From assembly GCA_045568075.1 (NCBI GenBank), contig JBJLBP010000001.1, positions 270,001 to 302,000 on the forward strand: a stretch of DNA of 32,000 nucleotides, in the 5' to 3' direction. Position numbers and translations under genes: made by a program. Origin of the DNA: Candidatus Thalassarchaeaceae archaeon (GTDB lineage Archaea > Thermoplasmatota > Poseidoniia > Poseidoniales > Thalassarchaeaceae). This document shows positions 14,797 through 22,165 of the stretch, one piece after another (positions within the stretch are counted from its first letter, which is position 1; every line of letters begins with the position of its first letter). Under the pieces are notes generated by a model. It saw nothing but the letters and a program-made list of their open reading frames with translations, searched no databases and had not been told where the DNA came from.

Positions 14797-15837
14797 TTAC
14801 TGTGTCAATATTCGATGGAAGTGATGAACTCCAGCCTCTTTGGTCGGAGAGTATCGGCCGCGTTCATAGGCGACTGACGAGACGCCTTTTTGGCAACCTT
14901 CGACGATAAATTGGTCCTCAGCCTCAACCTTGTCCAAGTCGCCCCCGGCACCCTTTGCAAGCATGGCTGAATCGCCGACAAACCCATGGTATACGATGCG
15001 GGTCTTGTCTACCGATTCAGGGATGACAAGATTGACCGAGAGACCCCACGGATAGAAATTCAGCATTAGACCAGGATGTAACCAAAAGTAGTATGCGGCG
15101 ATGTTCTGGCCAAAGTCAGGATGTTCTTCAGGTAAATCGAAACAAGGCTCTCCATCATTTGCAATTCCAATCTGTAGTACACCGCCATCGAAAAGCTCGG
15201 TACTGTATGCATCATAATCGAGGACGTCATGCAATCCTCCGTGGACGAATGGAATGTGAAATCCTTCCAGATAATTGTCCACATACAGCGCCCAGTTGGA
15301 TTCGATTGTATATTCTCGATGGCGATTCAAATCATGTGTGAACGCTTCGATAGATAGCCATCCGACTCGTGCCTCAACTTCGGCGATGAAGGAATCAAAA
15401 TCATCAGCTGAGACTGTGTTGAATAGCAAGCCTTTCCACTCTGCTAAAGGGAATGTTCGAAGATGATCTGCATCGGTAGGAAAATTCTCCACGGTGTCGA
15501 ATTCTGGCATACTACGAAACTGTCCATCTAAATTGAAGACGCGTCCGTGGTAGGGACATTGCAATCGCTTTGCCTCTGAGGATTCCGTACAGACAAGCAT
15601 CCCTCGATGTGTACAAACATTGGAGATGCAGTGTAATTCACCTTCACTCTGTGTAAGCAGCATCGGCTCTTTCAGAGGATTATCAATGGGTTGAGCCGTA
15701 GACAATTGGCTACGATGCGCAGCAAAGTGCCAATTCTGACCGAACGACGAGGTGACTGAATCGAAGGTCTTGGTCTCAGTGTAAAATCTGGAGGGGAGTG
15801 TCTCAGCTTTGCGGATGTCTGGGTCGATGATGGTCAT
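14797..15837 (-). CDS. Rieske [2Fe-2S] non-heme iron oxygenase, choline-monooxygenase-like alpha subunit
   Basis: 346-aa ORF. The Rieske motif is CTHRG...(16 aa)...CPYHG. The mononuclear iron region NWALYVDNYLEGFHIPFVHGGL resembles the CMO-like NWKxxxDNYLxGxHxPxxH pattern. Confidence 0.8.
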   Translation of the reverse strand: MTIIDPDIRKAETLPSRFYTETKTFDSVTSSFGQNWHFAAHRSQLSTAQPIDNPLKEPMLLTQSEGELHCISNVCTHRGMLVCTESSEAKRLQCPYHGRVFNLDGQFRSMPEFDTVENFPTDADHLRTFPLAEWKGLLFNTVSADDFDSFIAEVEARVGWLSIEAFTHDLNRHREYTIESNWALYVDNYLEGFHIPFVHGGLHDVLDYDAYSTELFDGGVLQIGIANDGEPCFDLPEEHPDFGQNIAAYYFWLHPGLMLNFYPWGLSVNLVIPESVDKTRIVYHGFVGDSAMLAKGAGGDLDKVEAEDQFIVEGCQKGVSSVAYERGRYSPTKEAGVHHFHRILTQ

Positions 15838-15863
15838 ACAGACTCCTCAGACCGAATCAGAAC

Positions 15864-16673
15864 TCAACCGTACATCGCAGAACTCTCACCGCCAGAGTTC
15901 TCATTCTGCATTTGATTCAGTTGGACAGCCATCATCTCGCGGATTTGCTCCTCAATTCGCTGAGCCTCCTTGAGTAGCGGCTCAGGATCCAATTTGATTG
16001 CCGGCAGCAAGCCATCAAGCCGCCCAATAATCCGCGCAGCTGCCCGAGCGTCTGGAATCGCTCCGTTAGCCAAGTCATCACCCGACTCAGCAAGAATTGC
16101 CATTGCATCGATACGACGACGTCGACACTCACCGAGCATGACACCAGTCATGCCCCCCACAACTCCGTGTTTCAGCATTGGAACTTCCAATTCGCCGAGT
16201 TTTTCATGAGCAGAATCAGTCGAACCGATACCAAGCATCGACTCGGTCGAATCATCATCATCAAAGATTGAGTGAGCTTGATCAGGGCCATGTGAATATG
16301 AGTCAATCATCATCATCTGACTCGCCCCATTTGCCTCTACCCAATCTAAGATTGAATCAGCAAGAGGCAAACTCAATTCCGAAGCAACTTGAATCTCCGA
16401 AGCAATCAGCACAACCTTGTCACATCTATCCATGTGGCATATCGGCTCACCCGCATAGAATCGAAGGGGAGGCAGAGGCTTGCCCTCCTGCACCAAACAA
16501 ACCGGAGGCAGGCCTGCGCCTCTGGCACCGCCTACGAAGCTTAGCCCCAAACGGTCGACAAGATAGTGAGCAACGATGCTACTAACAAATCCAGCCGACG
16601 GAAAACAGGTCACTACAAGTGCATCTTCTACGTTCAAACTCTCGTCGACCGCGACCACAGGGGCTCCACTCAT
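15864..16673 (-). CDS. PAC2-family proteasome assembly chaperone homologue (PbaA/PbaB-like) with a C-terminal HbYX motif
   Basis: The ORF is open to 16799 (311 aa). The paralogue at 22166 aligns best from Met at 16673 (MSGAPVVAV...VVTCFPSAGFVSSIVAHYLVDRLGL). The upstream extension is antisense to the neighbouring nuclease ORF. The C-terminus ends ...SSAMYG (hydrophobic-Tyr-X). Confidence 0.7.
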   Translation of the reverse strand: MSGAPVVAVDESLNVEDALVVTCFPSAGFVSSIVAHYLVDRLGLSFVGGARGAGLPPVCLVQEGKPLPPLRFYAGEPICHMDRCDKVVLIASEIQVASELSLPLADSILDWVEANGASQMMMIDSYSHGPDQAHSIFDDDDSTESMLGIGSTDSAHEKLGELEVPMLKHGVVGGMTGVMLGECRRRRIDAMAILAESGDDLANGAIPDARAAARIIGRLDGLLPAIKLDPEPLLKEAQRIEEQIREMMAVQLNQMQNENSGGESSAMYG

Positions 16674-16692
16674 GTGTACGGAACAGACCGAG

Positions 16693-18018
16693 ATGCTGTT
16701 AATCATTGGCCCCCACAGACAGCCCGTGTCTGAGGCAGAGGCAGAGGATTTGGCGGCGCAAGATACTCCATCCGAGGCAAAGCCCGAGGACGGTTTCATC
16801 GCTCATCAACTCTCACCATCTTCGTGGAACCGCTACGAAGAATGCCCCCGCAAATACTGGCTCTCGCGCCAAGGACTCCCGCGCAAGGCGAGTATGCCAG
16901 CAGCGATGGGAAATGCAGTGCATAATTCGGTTGAGGACCTCTGCAATCTAGATCTCACTGGCCGCGATGAAGATGAGTCCGGATGGCTTCCGGCCACTGC
17001 CAAGGCCGTCCTCGACCGACACTGGCAGATAGAGAAGGACAACTTCCTCGAAACCCCTCGCCATCCTCGTTGGAAGGGAGAACAGATTACCAAGGCTCAC
17101 GATGGATTGATCGGCGCTCTAAACATCCTCTTCAGTAAATCAAATATCGATGTTCAGAATCTCTCGGAAGTTACAGTTGGGACTTGGAGAGAGGTACAAT
17201 CGATTGTTTTGGCAAACGAGGGGACTCTTGTCTCCGAGTGCGGCCGGATGATGGGTCGGCTGGATCTATTAGTTGCCGATTTGGATGAAAACGGGGAATC
17301 TCGTGGCTGGATTGTCGCCGACCTCAAAACTGGCCGCCCACCATCTCCAATGTTGAATGAGAAGGTCAGTAGACAGTTGCGATTCTATCGCGACTTGCTG
17401 AAGCAGAACAACCCGAATCATCCCCCTGTGGTCGCTGAGGGTTGGTATTCGGCCAATCAGACAGTGCATCAAGCCGATGGGCCGGATGTGCTTGAGGCAG
17501 CGCTTGAGGCGTGGGAAGGAATGCGCCCCTCCACCACACCTCTGCCGGCGAATCCCGGTGAGCAGCAATGCGGCTGGTGTGAATGGAAGGCATGGTGTCC
17601 AATTTGGTGGGCTGCTCGCCGAGATGGACTTCTTTCGCCAGGGCACATGTTCCGCGATGAGGTGGTTCAGGTGGTGCGCTTCGACCGTGAGGCAGGAGCC
17701 GCGCTTTTCCAGCGTATGCCGCCTGTCGGAGAGGAGGGTGAATTGGCACCCTCGGACCACAAATTTGGTGCTGTGATTCGTGACCAAGCCCTAACCCAAT
17801 TATCCGAATTGCTCGACTCTGGTCACGAGGGTGCCATATTCATTGGTAGCGCACGGATGGATGGCCGCGTGGCTCATCTTGGGGATTGGTGCGAAGTGAT
17901 TCCTTGGAGTCCAATGAATGAGGGTCACGCGCGCGATCACTCGCGCTGGCTGCGTAGCAATTCTGACACAGTCTTCGATGGAATCGGCGAAGATGGCGAG
18001 GCAAGCCAGTCCAAGTAG
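16693..18018 (+). CDS. Cas4-like PD-(D/E)XK nuclease with a four-Cys Fe-S cluster motif and an extra C-terminal domain of about 130 aa
   Basis: The motifs are SPSSWNRYEECPRKYWL (first Cys), GRLDLLVAD ... ADLKTGR (D...D-x-K), QLRFY (QxxxY) and CGWCEWKAWC (C-x2-C-x5-C, nt 17569-17598). The ORF is open from 16576. The start is uncertain: ATG 16672, ATG 16693 or an in-frame TTG further downstream. Confidence 0.75.
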   Translation: MLLIIGPHRQPVSEAEAEDLAAQDTPSEAKPEDGFIAHQLSPSSWNRYEECPRKYWLSRQGLPRKASMPAAMGNAVHNSVEDLCNLDLTGRDEDESGWLPATAKAVLDRHWQIEKDNFLETPRHPRWKGEQITKAHDGLIGALNILFSKSNIDVQNLSEVTVGTWREVQSIVLANEGTLVSECGRMMGRLDLLVADLDENGESRGWIVADLKTGRPPSPMLNEKVSRQLRFYRDLLKQNNPNHPPVVAEGWYSANQTVHQADGPDVLEAALEAWEGMRPSTTPLPANPGEQQCGWCEWKAWCPIWWAARRDGLLSPGHMFRDEVVQVVRFDREAGAALFQRMPPVGEEGELAPSDHKFGAVIRDQALTQLSELLDSGHEGAIFIGSARMDGRVAHLGDWCEVIPWSPMNEGHARDHSRWLRSNSDTVFDGIGEDGEASQSK

Positions 18019-18830
18019 CGCTTGTCGATTCGTTCCAATTCCTCTAATGTACGCCCCTTGTGCTTGCCGAAGGCGATGACTACACCATTTTCTGAGTGGC
18101 GCAGTTTACCGTTTGTACCTTCTACAGGCTCGAGGTCGACCATTCCAGGCCCAAGGCGATCGCTGCTCCCACGGTTACCTGAGAGCATGTCTTGTAATTC
18201 GTCGAGGTCACCGCGGAAATCCTTCGGATGACTCTGCATCATCGACCAAAGCAGCAAGAGTGTCGCGCCCGCATCTGCATCAGCTGTATGGGCGCGTGTG
18301 ATGCTGATATCGTAACGCGCGCAAAGCGTCCCCAGCGCATGCCTCCCAGGAATTCGCAATTTGCGCGCTAGCGTCAGTGTGTCGATGATGGCGCGCGGGA
18401 CAGGCACTTCGAAGCCCGCGCGCATACACTCGAGTTCAAGGAATCTCCAATCGAATCGAGTGACATTGTGACCGACTATTACCGCGCCCGAAATCAATCT
18501 GCTCAACTCTGGTAGGTGCTCGGAGAATTCCTTCTCTCCTTTGACATCCGCATCCATGATGCCATGCACACGAGAAGAAGCATCAGGAATTTGTCGACGA
18601 GGATTAACTAGTGAAGTTTGATTGATGTGAGATCCATCCTCGTCGCTCCCAATCAGCGCATATTGAACAATTCTATCACTACGTGGATCGAGTCCAGTAG
18701 TCTCCAAGTCGAAGCCTAGAACGCGGTATCCAGCGAGCATCCCTCCGACCATGACGGCACGTGCAAGAGGCCCCCCATGAACTTCTGTGGTGACGGGGTT
18801 GAACCCGTCATGCCTATTTGCGCGTCTCAT
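17937..18830 (-). CDS. DEDDh 3'-5' exonuclease (DnaQ/epsilon-like) with an ExoX-C/DUF3820-like C-terminal domain
   Basis: Exo I is LGFDLETTGL, Exo II is VIVGHNVTRFDWRFL and Exo III is HTADADAGATLLL. The C-terminal FGKHKGRTLEELERIDKRYLDWLAS resembles the GKxKGxTxxEv...YLxWL domain. The ORF is open to 19145, but the first about 105 codons are antisense to the next gene. Candidate starts are ATG 18830, 18752 and 18740. Confidence 0.8.
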   Translation of the reverse strand: MRRANRHDGFNPVTTEVHGGPLARAVMVGGMLAGYRVLGFDLETTGLDPRSDRIVQYALIGSDEDGSHINQTSLVNPRRQIPDASSRVHGIMDADVKGEKEFSEHLPELSRLISGAVIVGHNVTRFDWRFLELECMRAGFEVPVPRAIIDTLTLARKLRIPGRHALGTLCARYDISITRAHTADADAGATLLLLWSMMQSHPKDFRGDLDELQDMLSGNRGSSDRLGPGMVDLEPVEGTNGKLRHSENGVVIAFGKHKGRTLEELERIDKRYLDWLASPSSPIPSKTVSELLRSQRE

Positions 18831-18843
18831 TACCAATCCTCTG

Positions 18844-20010
18844 ATGAACAGGACCGAGGCGACTGCAAAGATGCTCTCACTCCTTCTCCTCACCACCGCA
18901 CTTGCAGGTTGCACTGGGCTCGCCTCGACCACTCCGATTGCAGATATTACCGCGGATCGCACAACGGTGAATGTCGGCGAGACCGTCAATTTTGACGCTA
19001 GAGGTTCGACTACTCCTTCGCCGACAATAATCGACGAATATGTCTGGGATTTCGGCGAAGCTGAGAAGCGCACGACAACTACTGGAATTGCTTTCCACAC
19101 TTTCACAGAGGCCGGGAACCACGACGTCGAAGTCGAAGTTTTCAATGATCAGGGTGAGAGCGATCGCGCCTCGATTGCAATTTTCGTTAATTCCCCTCCA
19201 ATCGTCGTCCTCGATATGCCTGGATATGTGCGAACCAACGAGACCGCCACCATCGATGCCAGTTCCTCCTATGATCCCGAAGGCGGTGGTGTCGAATACA
19301 TCTGGGACCTTGACCTCGGCTTCGACCGCAACGGCGATGGTGACCCTCGTAACGACGCCGACGCAACCTCATCATCTGTCGAAGTGATGTACGCCGACTC
19401 GGGTAATCAGACAGGAATGCTCACTCTCATCGACGACAATGGTGCGACGACCACTCAGACCTGGAGTCTGATGGTCGTCAATCGTATGTTCAACGTCGTT
19501 TGGGAAGAACAGCACGTCAGCTTCGAATGGAACGGACACACCGAACAGGGTGAGAGCACAATCCACGAGCACACCCCTGGAGACGGGGCTCGAATCATCC
19601 AAGTTAACGCGACGCTGACTTTGGCTCGAGACCTACTGCCATTCCAATGGCCAGAGGACAATTTCACTCTGCGAGTCAATGTACCTATGACCGGTTGGAC
19701 GACGAGCACGCAGACTACTCAGGAAAATGTCACACTAAATGCGACTGCTCGCATTGACCGGGGCGGGATGAATCCGTGGCCCGAGAGTGGTTATACCGTA
19801 AGTTCGGACTCGTCCGAAAGCCTCGTTGAAAGCCTGCTCAACGAAGCGGGAGCGAGGTTTGGCCAAGGAGAATGGATTTGGACGGTAACGGCAGACGAGT
19901 GCGACCCAGATATCCCAATCGATGGAGTAGATCCTGATACTGGCAATGATTGGACTCTGACCATCGATTACATCATTCTGATCCCTAGAGTCAGTGAAGT
20001 CGGAGCCTGA
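18844..20010 (+). CDS. Secreted PKD-domain protein with a lipobox-like signal peptide
   Basis: MNRTEATAKMLSLLLLTTALAGC (L-A-G-C lipobox-like). One PKD-like module is TVNVGETVNFDARGS...YVWDFGE...HTFTEAGNHDVEVEVFNDQGESD. A second is ATIDASSSYDPEGGGVEYIWDLD...LIDDNGATT. An unassigned domain of about 190 aa follows. The ORF is open from 18787, and ATG 18871 is also possible. Confidence 0.75.
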   Translation: MNRTEATAKMLSLLLLTTALAGCTGLASTTPIADITADRTTVNVGETVNFDARGSTTPSPTIIDEYVWDFGEAEKRTTTTGIAFHTFTEAGNHDVEVEVFNDQGESDRASIAIFVNSPPIVVLDMPGYVRTNETATIDASSSYDPEGGGVEYIWDLDLGFDRNGDGDPRNDADATSSSVEVMYADSGNQTGMLTLIDDNGATTTQTWSLMVVNRMFNVVWEEQHVSFEWNGHTEQGESTIHEHTPGDGARIIQVNATLTLARDLLPFQWPEDNFTLRVNVPMTGWTTSTQTTQENVTLNATARIDRGGMNPWPESGYTVSSDSSESLVESLLNEAGARFGQGEWIWTVTADECDPDIPIDGVDPDTGNDWTLTIDYIILIPRVSEVGA

Positions 20011-20102
20011 TTCCGTCTCTATGGCCCTGCGTTTTGTTTGATTGGGTAAGTCTCCGATGGATGCGCAAAGGCCTTTCAACTCGGAGCCTGTGGAATGCTT
20101 CG

Positions 20103-20453
20103 ATGGTGCGCTCAATTGAGATCAAGAAGGCCTCTGTGCGAGACCGATTGATTGTCGATGTCGACGTTTTCATGAAAGAACCGGACGACTTCGATTTCTC
20201 ACCACGCGCGAGTATGGATGGTAACAGCCTGAGTATCACCAACGCCGGCGCTGATGCAGGAGGAAGTATCGACCTCGACGAGGATCAGATGAACGCCGCC
20301 GAGCGCGATCGCATGGTCGAGTTGCGCGTCAAATTCTCAGTTGATGGCATGCACGGCGTACTTACTCACAAGACCAAGAATGTCCAAACTGGCCCTAATG
20401 CCAAGAAGCTCGCAGAGCCTCGCTGGAAGACCGTCTTGCCGCTTACTCTCTAG
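20103..20453 (+). CDS. Hypothetical protein
   Basis: The ORF is open from 20034. ATG 20103 gives a 116-aa acidic protein (MVRSIEIKKASVRDRLIVDVDV...). I recognised no motif, and the call rests only on ORF length and its position between annotated genes. Confidence 0.4.
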   Translation: MVRSIEIKKASVRDRLIVDVDVFMKEPDDFDFSPRASMDGNSLSITNAGADAGGSIDLDEDQMNAAERDRMVELRVKFSVDGMHGVLTHKTKNVQTGPNAKKLAEPRWKTVLPLTL

Positions 20454-20505
20454 TCCCACTGAAACCGTCGGGATTAAACCGAAGTCACAGGTCGAGCGGC
20501 TCGCT

Positions 20506-20582
20506 GGACCCATAGTGTAGCCTGGATATCACTGGGGCTTGCGGAGCCTCAAACCCGTGTTCGAATCGCGGTGGGTCCGCCA
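20506..20582 (+). tRNA. tRNA-Arg (anticodon GCG), genomically encoded CCA
   Basis: Hand-folded. Acceptor GGACCCA/TGGGTCC is perfect. The anticodon arm is GGGGC-UUGCGGA-GCCUC with loop U-U-GCG-G-A. The T arm is CCGTG-TTCGAAT-CGCGG, followed by discriminator G and CCA. Confidence 0.9.
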
Positions 20583-20627
20583 ATTTCTCATCGTTGCGTT
20601 CAAGCAGAAGCGCCCCGACGGGAGGGT

Positions 20628-21044
20628 ATGGCATTCACTTCGAGTCGGCGCGTTGACTTCCCGATGGTCGATATTGCAAAGATTGTTTACTACCCTCAAT
20701 TCTGGGATTTGGCGCACCGATTTTACGAGGAGTCATGGGAATTTTCGTGCGGGATGCATTACAATGAGATATTAGTCAAGCACAATATAGGATTCCCACT
20801 TGTTCATTCAGAAGCAAATTTCCATCATCCGTTGGCTTACGGTGACACCGTTGATTGCACCATTACTGTGCCACGAATAGGAGATACCTCAATCACTTGG
20901 AGAATAGAGTTCAGAAACCAAGATGGTACCCTTTGTTGGACCGCTGACCAAGTGACTGTTTGTGTCGATATGAGTGATGTCAAACGGAAGATTTCCGTAC
21001 CAGACTGGATGCGCGAAGGCCTTTCCAAATTAATGCAGGAATAA
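20628..21044 (+). CDS. Acyl-CoA thioesterase, 4-hydroxybenzoyl-CoA thioesterase/YbgC-like hotdog fold
   Basis: MAFTSSRRVDFPMVDIAKIVYYPQFWDLAHRFYEE...GFPLVHSEANFHHPLAYGDTVDCTITV...ITWRIEF matches the 4HBT pattern (D...vyyxxY ... PlVxxxxxFxxPxxxGDxv). GGAGGG lies 2 nt upstream of ATG 20628. The longer ORF from 20571 would overlap the tRNA. Confidence 0.8.
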   Translation: MAFTSSRRVDFPMVDIAKIVYYPQFWDLAHRFYEESWEFSCGMHYNEILVKHNIGFPLVHSEANFHHPLAYGDTVDCTITVPRIGDTSITWRIEFRNQDGTLCWTADQVTVCVDMSDVKRKISVPDWMREGLSKLMQE

Positions 21045-21049
21045 TCCAA

Positions 21050-21484
21050 TTATTTCTGAGGCCATTTTTTCCCCAGAGCATTCCGCAGACTATCATCCAT
21101 GGTGGCTTCCCACCAATTAGCATCTCTCCAAATGGCATAGCGTCCACGGATTCCACGTAGGTCTGCACCATCTAGGCGACATCTTTGGAAGTTTGACAAG
21201 TTCATTCGCGCTTTCACAAAACTCGCGCCTCGCATATCGGCATCATCGAATGCCGCTTTCATTAGATTAGCTCGCTTGAAGGAGGCCTTTCGAAGATCCG
21301 CACCAGACAAATCTGCTCCTTCTAAGTCAGCCCCATCGAAAACCGCACGGCGTAGATTTGCCCCTGAAAGATCGATTCCACGCAGGTCTGCACCGACGTG
21401 AGAAGTGAAAGACCAGTCCTTCGGTCCCTCAGAATCATCCTCAGATTCGGCCTCTGTTCCGGCCGTTGCACCTTCGTCACTCAC
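21050..21484 (-). CDS. Pentapeptide-repeat protein
   Basis: 144-aa ORF with a run of A(D/N)LxG/A-type pentapeptides: GADLRGIDLSGANLRRAVFDGADLEGADLSGADLRKASFKRANLMKAAFDDADMRGASF. The N-terminus is acidic. A GTG start overlaps the upstream stop as GTGA at 21481-21484. Confidence 0.85.
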   Translation of the reverse strand: MSDEGATAGTEAESEDDSEGPKDWSFTSHVGADLRGIDLSGANLRRAVFDGADLEGADLSGADLRKASFKRANLMKAAFDDADMRGASFVKARMNLSNFQRCRLDGADLRGIRGRYAIWRDANWWEATMDDSLRNALGKKWPQK

Positions 21485-22026
21485 GAGGATAGCCTCTCGA
21501 GATGGTCGCGACCTGCGTCGGTGACAACAACGTAGCGATTCTTCTCCTTGCCCGCGGGGTATGCAAGTAATGCTGGGCGACCCCGCGATGAGGAATCATC
21601 GAGCATTCGGTTGATGTAGAGCGAGAGATTCCACTTTTCGAGTTCAGCATCGGTCCATCGACCAGAATCTCCGATTAGTCTCTTGACGGCTCGAGGAGGT
21701 GTATCGTCCTCCTTTTCGACTGAGCGCAGATAGTGAATAGCAGCGAGAATCACGTCTCCTGTTCGGTAGACGTTGCAATTCTCGAGCAAACGCCTGAATG
21801 CCGAGCCGCGCTCTGGAATTCCCGTTTCACTAATCGATTGCCGAGCCGCTTCTATCGCATCTTGGCGCGCGGTTCGAATCTTTGAGAGAGCAGAAGCCCA
21901 AGTGTCCTGTTCCTTCAATTTCAGCCAAGAATCGTTGACTTCGCGGGCTGATCCTGTCAAATCGACCTCGGTTGAACCTACACGAATCCAAATTCTTCCG
22001 ATGTTTCCGTTATCCTCTTCAGACAT
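21481..22026 (-). CDS. Hypothetical protein, translationally coupled to the pentapeptide-repeat gene
   Basis: The ORF is open to 22110. ATG 22026 gives MSEEDNGNIGRIWIRVG.... The C-terminal YINRMLDD...RPALLAYPAGKEKNRYVVVTDAGRDHLERL looks winged-helix-like by eye. I recognised no family. Confidence 0.5.
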   Translation of the reverse strand: MSEEDNGNIGRIWIRVGSTEVDLTGSAREVNDSWLKLKEQDTWASALSKIRTARQDAIEAARQSISETGIPERGSAFRRLLENCNVYRTGDVILAAIHYLRSVEKEDDTPPRAVKRLIGDSGRWTDAELEKWNLSLYINRMLDDSSSRGRPALLAYPAGKEKNRYVVVTDAGRDHLERLSS

Positions 22027-22165
22027 GCTAACGAGACGAGGACAAGCCACCTTCTGATAAAATCGACTCGTGATTTGTATCATTACATTAGGCGCGCGAG
22101 GTAAAGCCACTATGAATCTCGGGTGACCGTTTGATTCAAGACACAGCGGTGACGACCAGCATTCA

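Noticed and set aside
17269-17787. 172-aa and 127-aa minus-strand ORFs
   Set aside because: They are antisense to the Cas4-like nuclease across its conserved Cys cluster. They are Arg/Pro-rich shadow ORFs.
16693-18018. Cas4-like nuclease as evidence for a CRISPR-Cas locus
   Set aside because: I found no direct-repeat/spacer array anywhere in the 32 kb and no cas1, cas2 or effector genes nearby. Stand-alone Cas4/RecB-family nucleases are common outside CRISPR loci.
12441-20582. tRNA-Pro to tRNA-Arg interval (LigA, Rieske oxygenase, PAC2, two nucleases, PKD protein) as an integrated genomic island
   Set aside because: There is no integrase or recombinase gene. I could see no duplicated tRNA 3'-end (att-like direct repeat) and no obvious compositional break. 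The tRNAs are different species. The flanking position alone is not enough evidence.
20529-20775. Small ORFs 20529-20717 (minus) and 20539-20775 (plus), and the 20571 start of the thioesterase ORF
   Set aside because: All overlap the tRNA-Arg gene. The thioesterase has a well-placed GGAGGG Shine-Dalgarno and an ATG at 20628 downstream of the tRNA.
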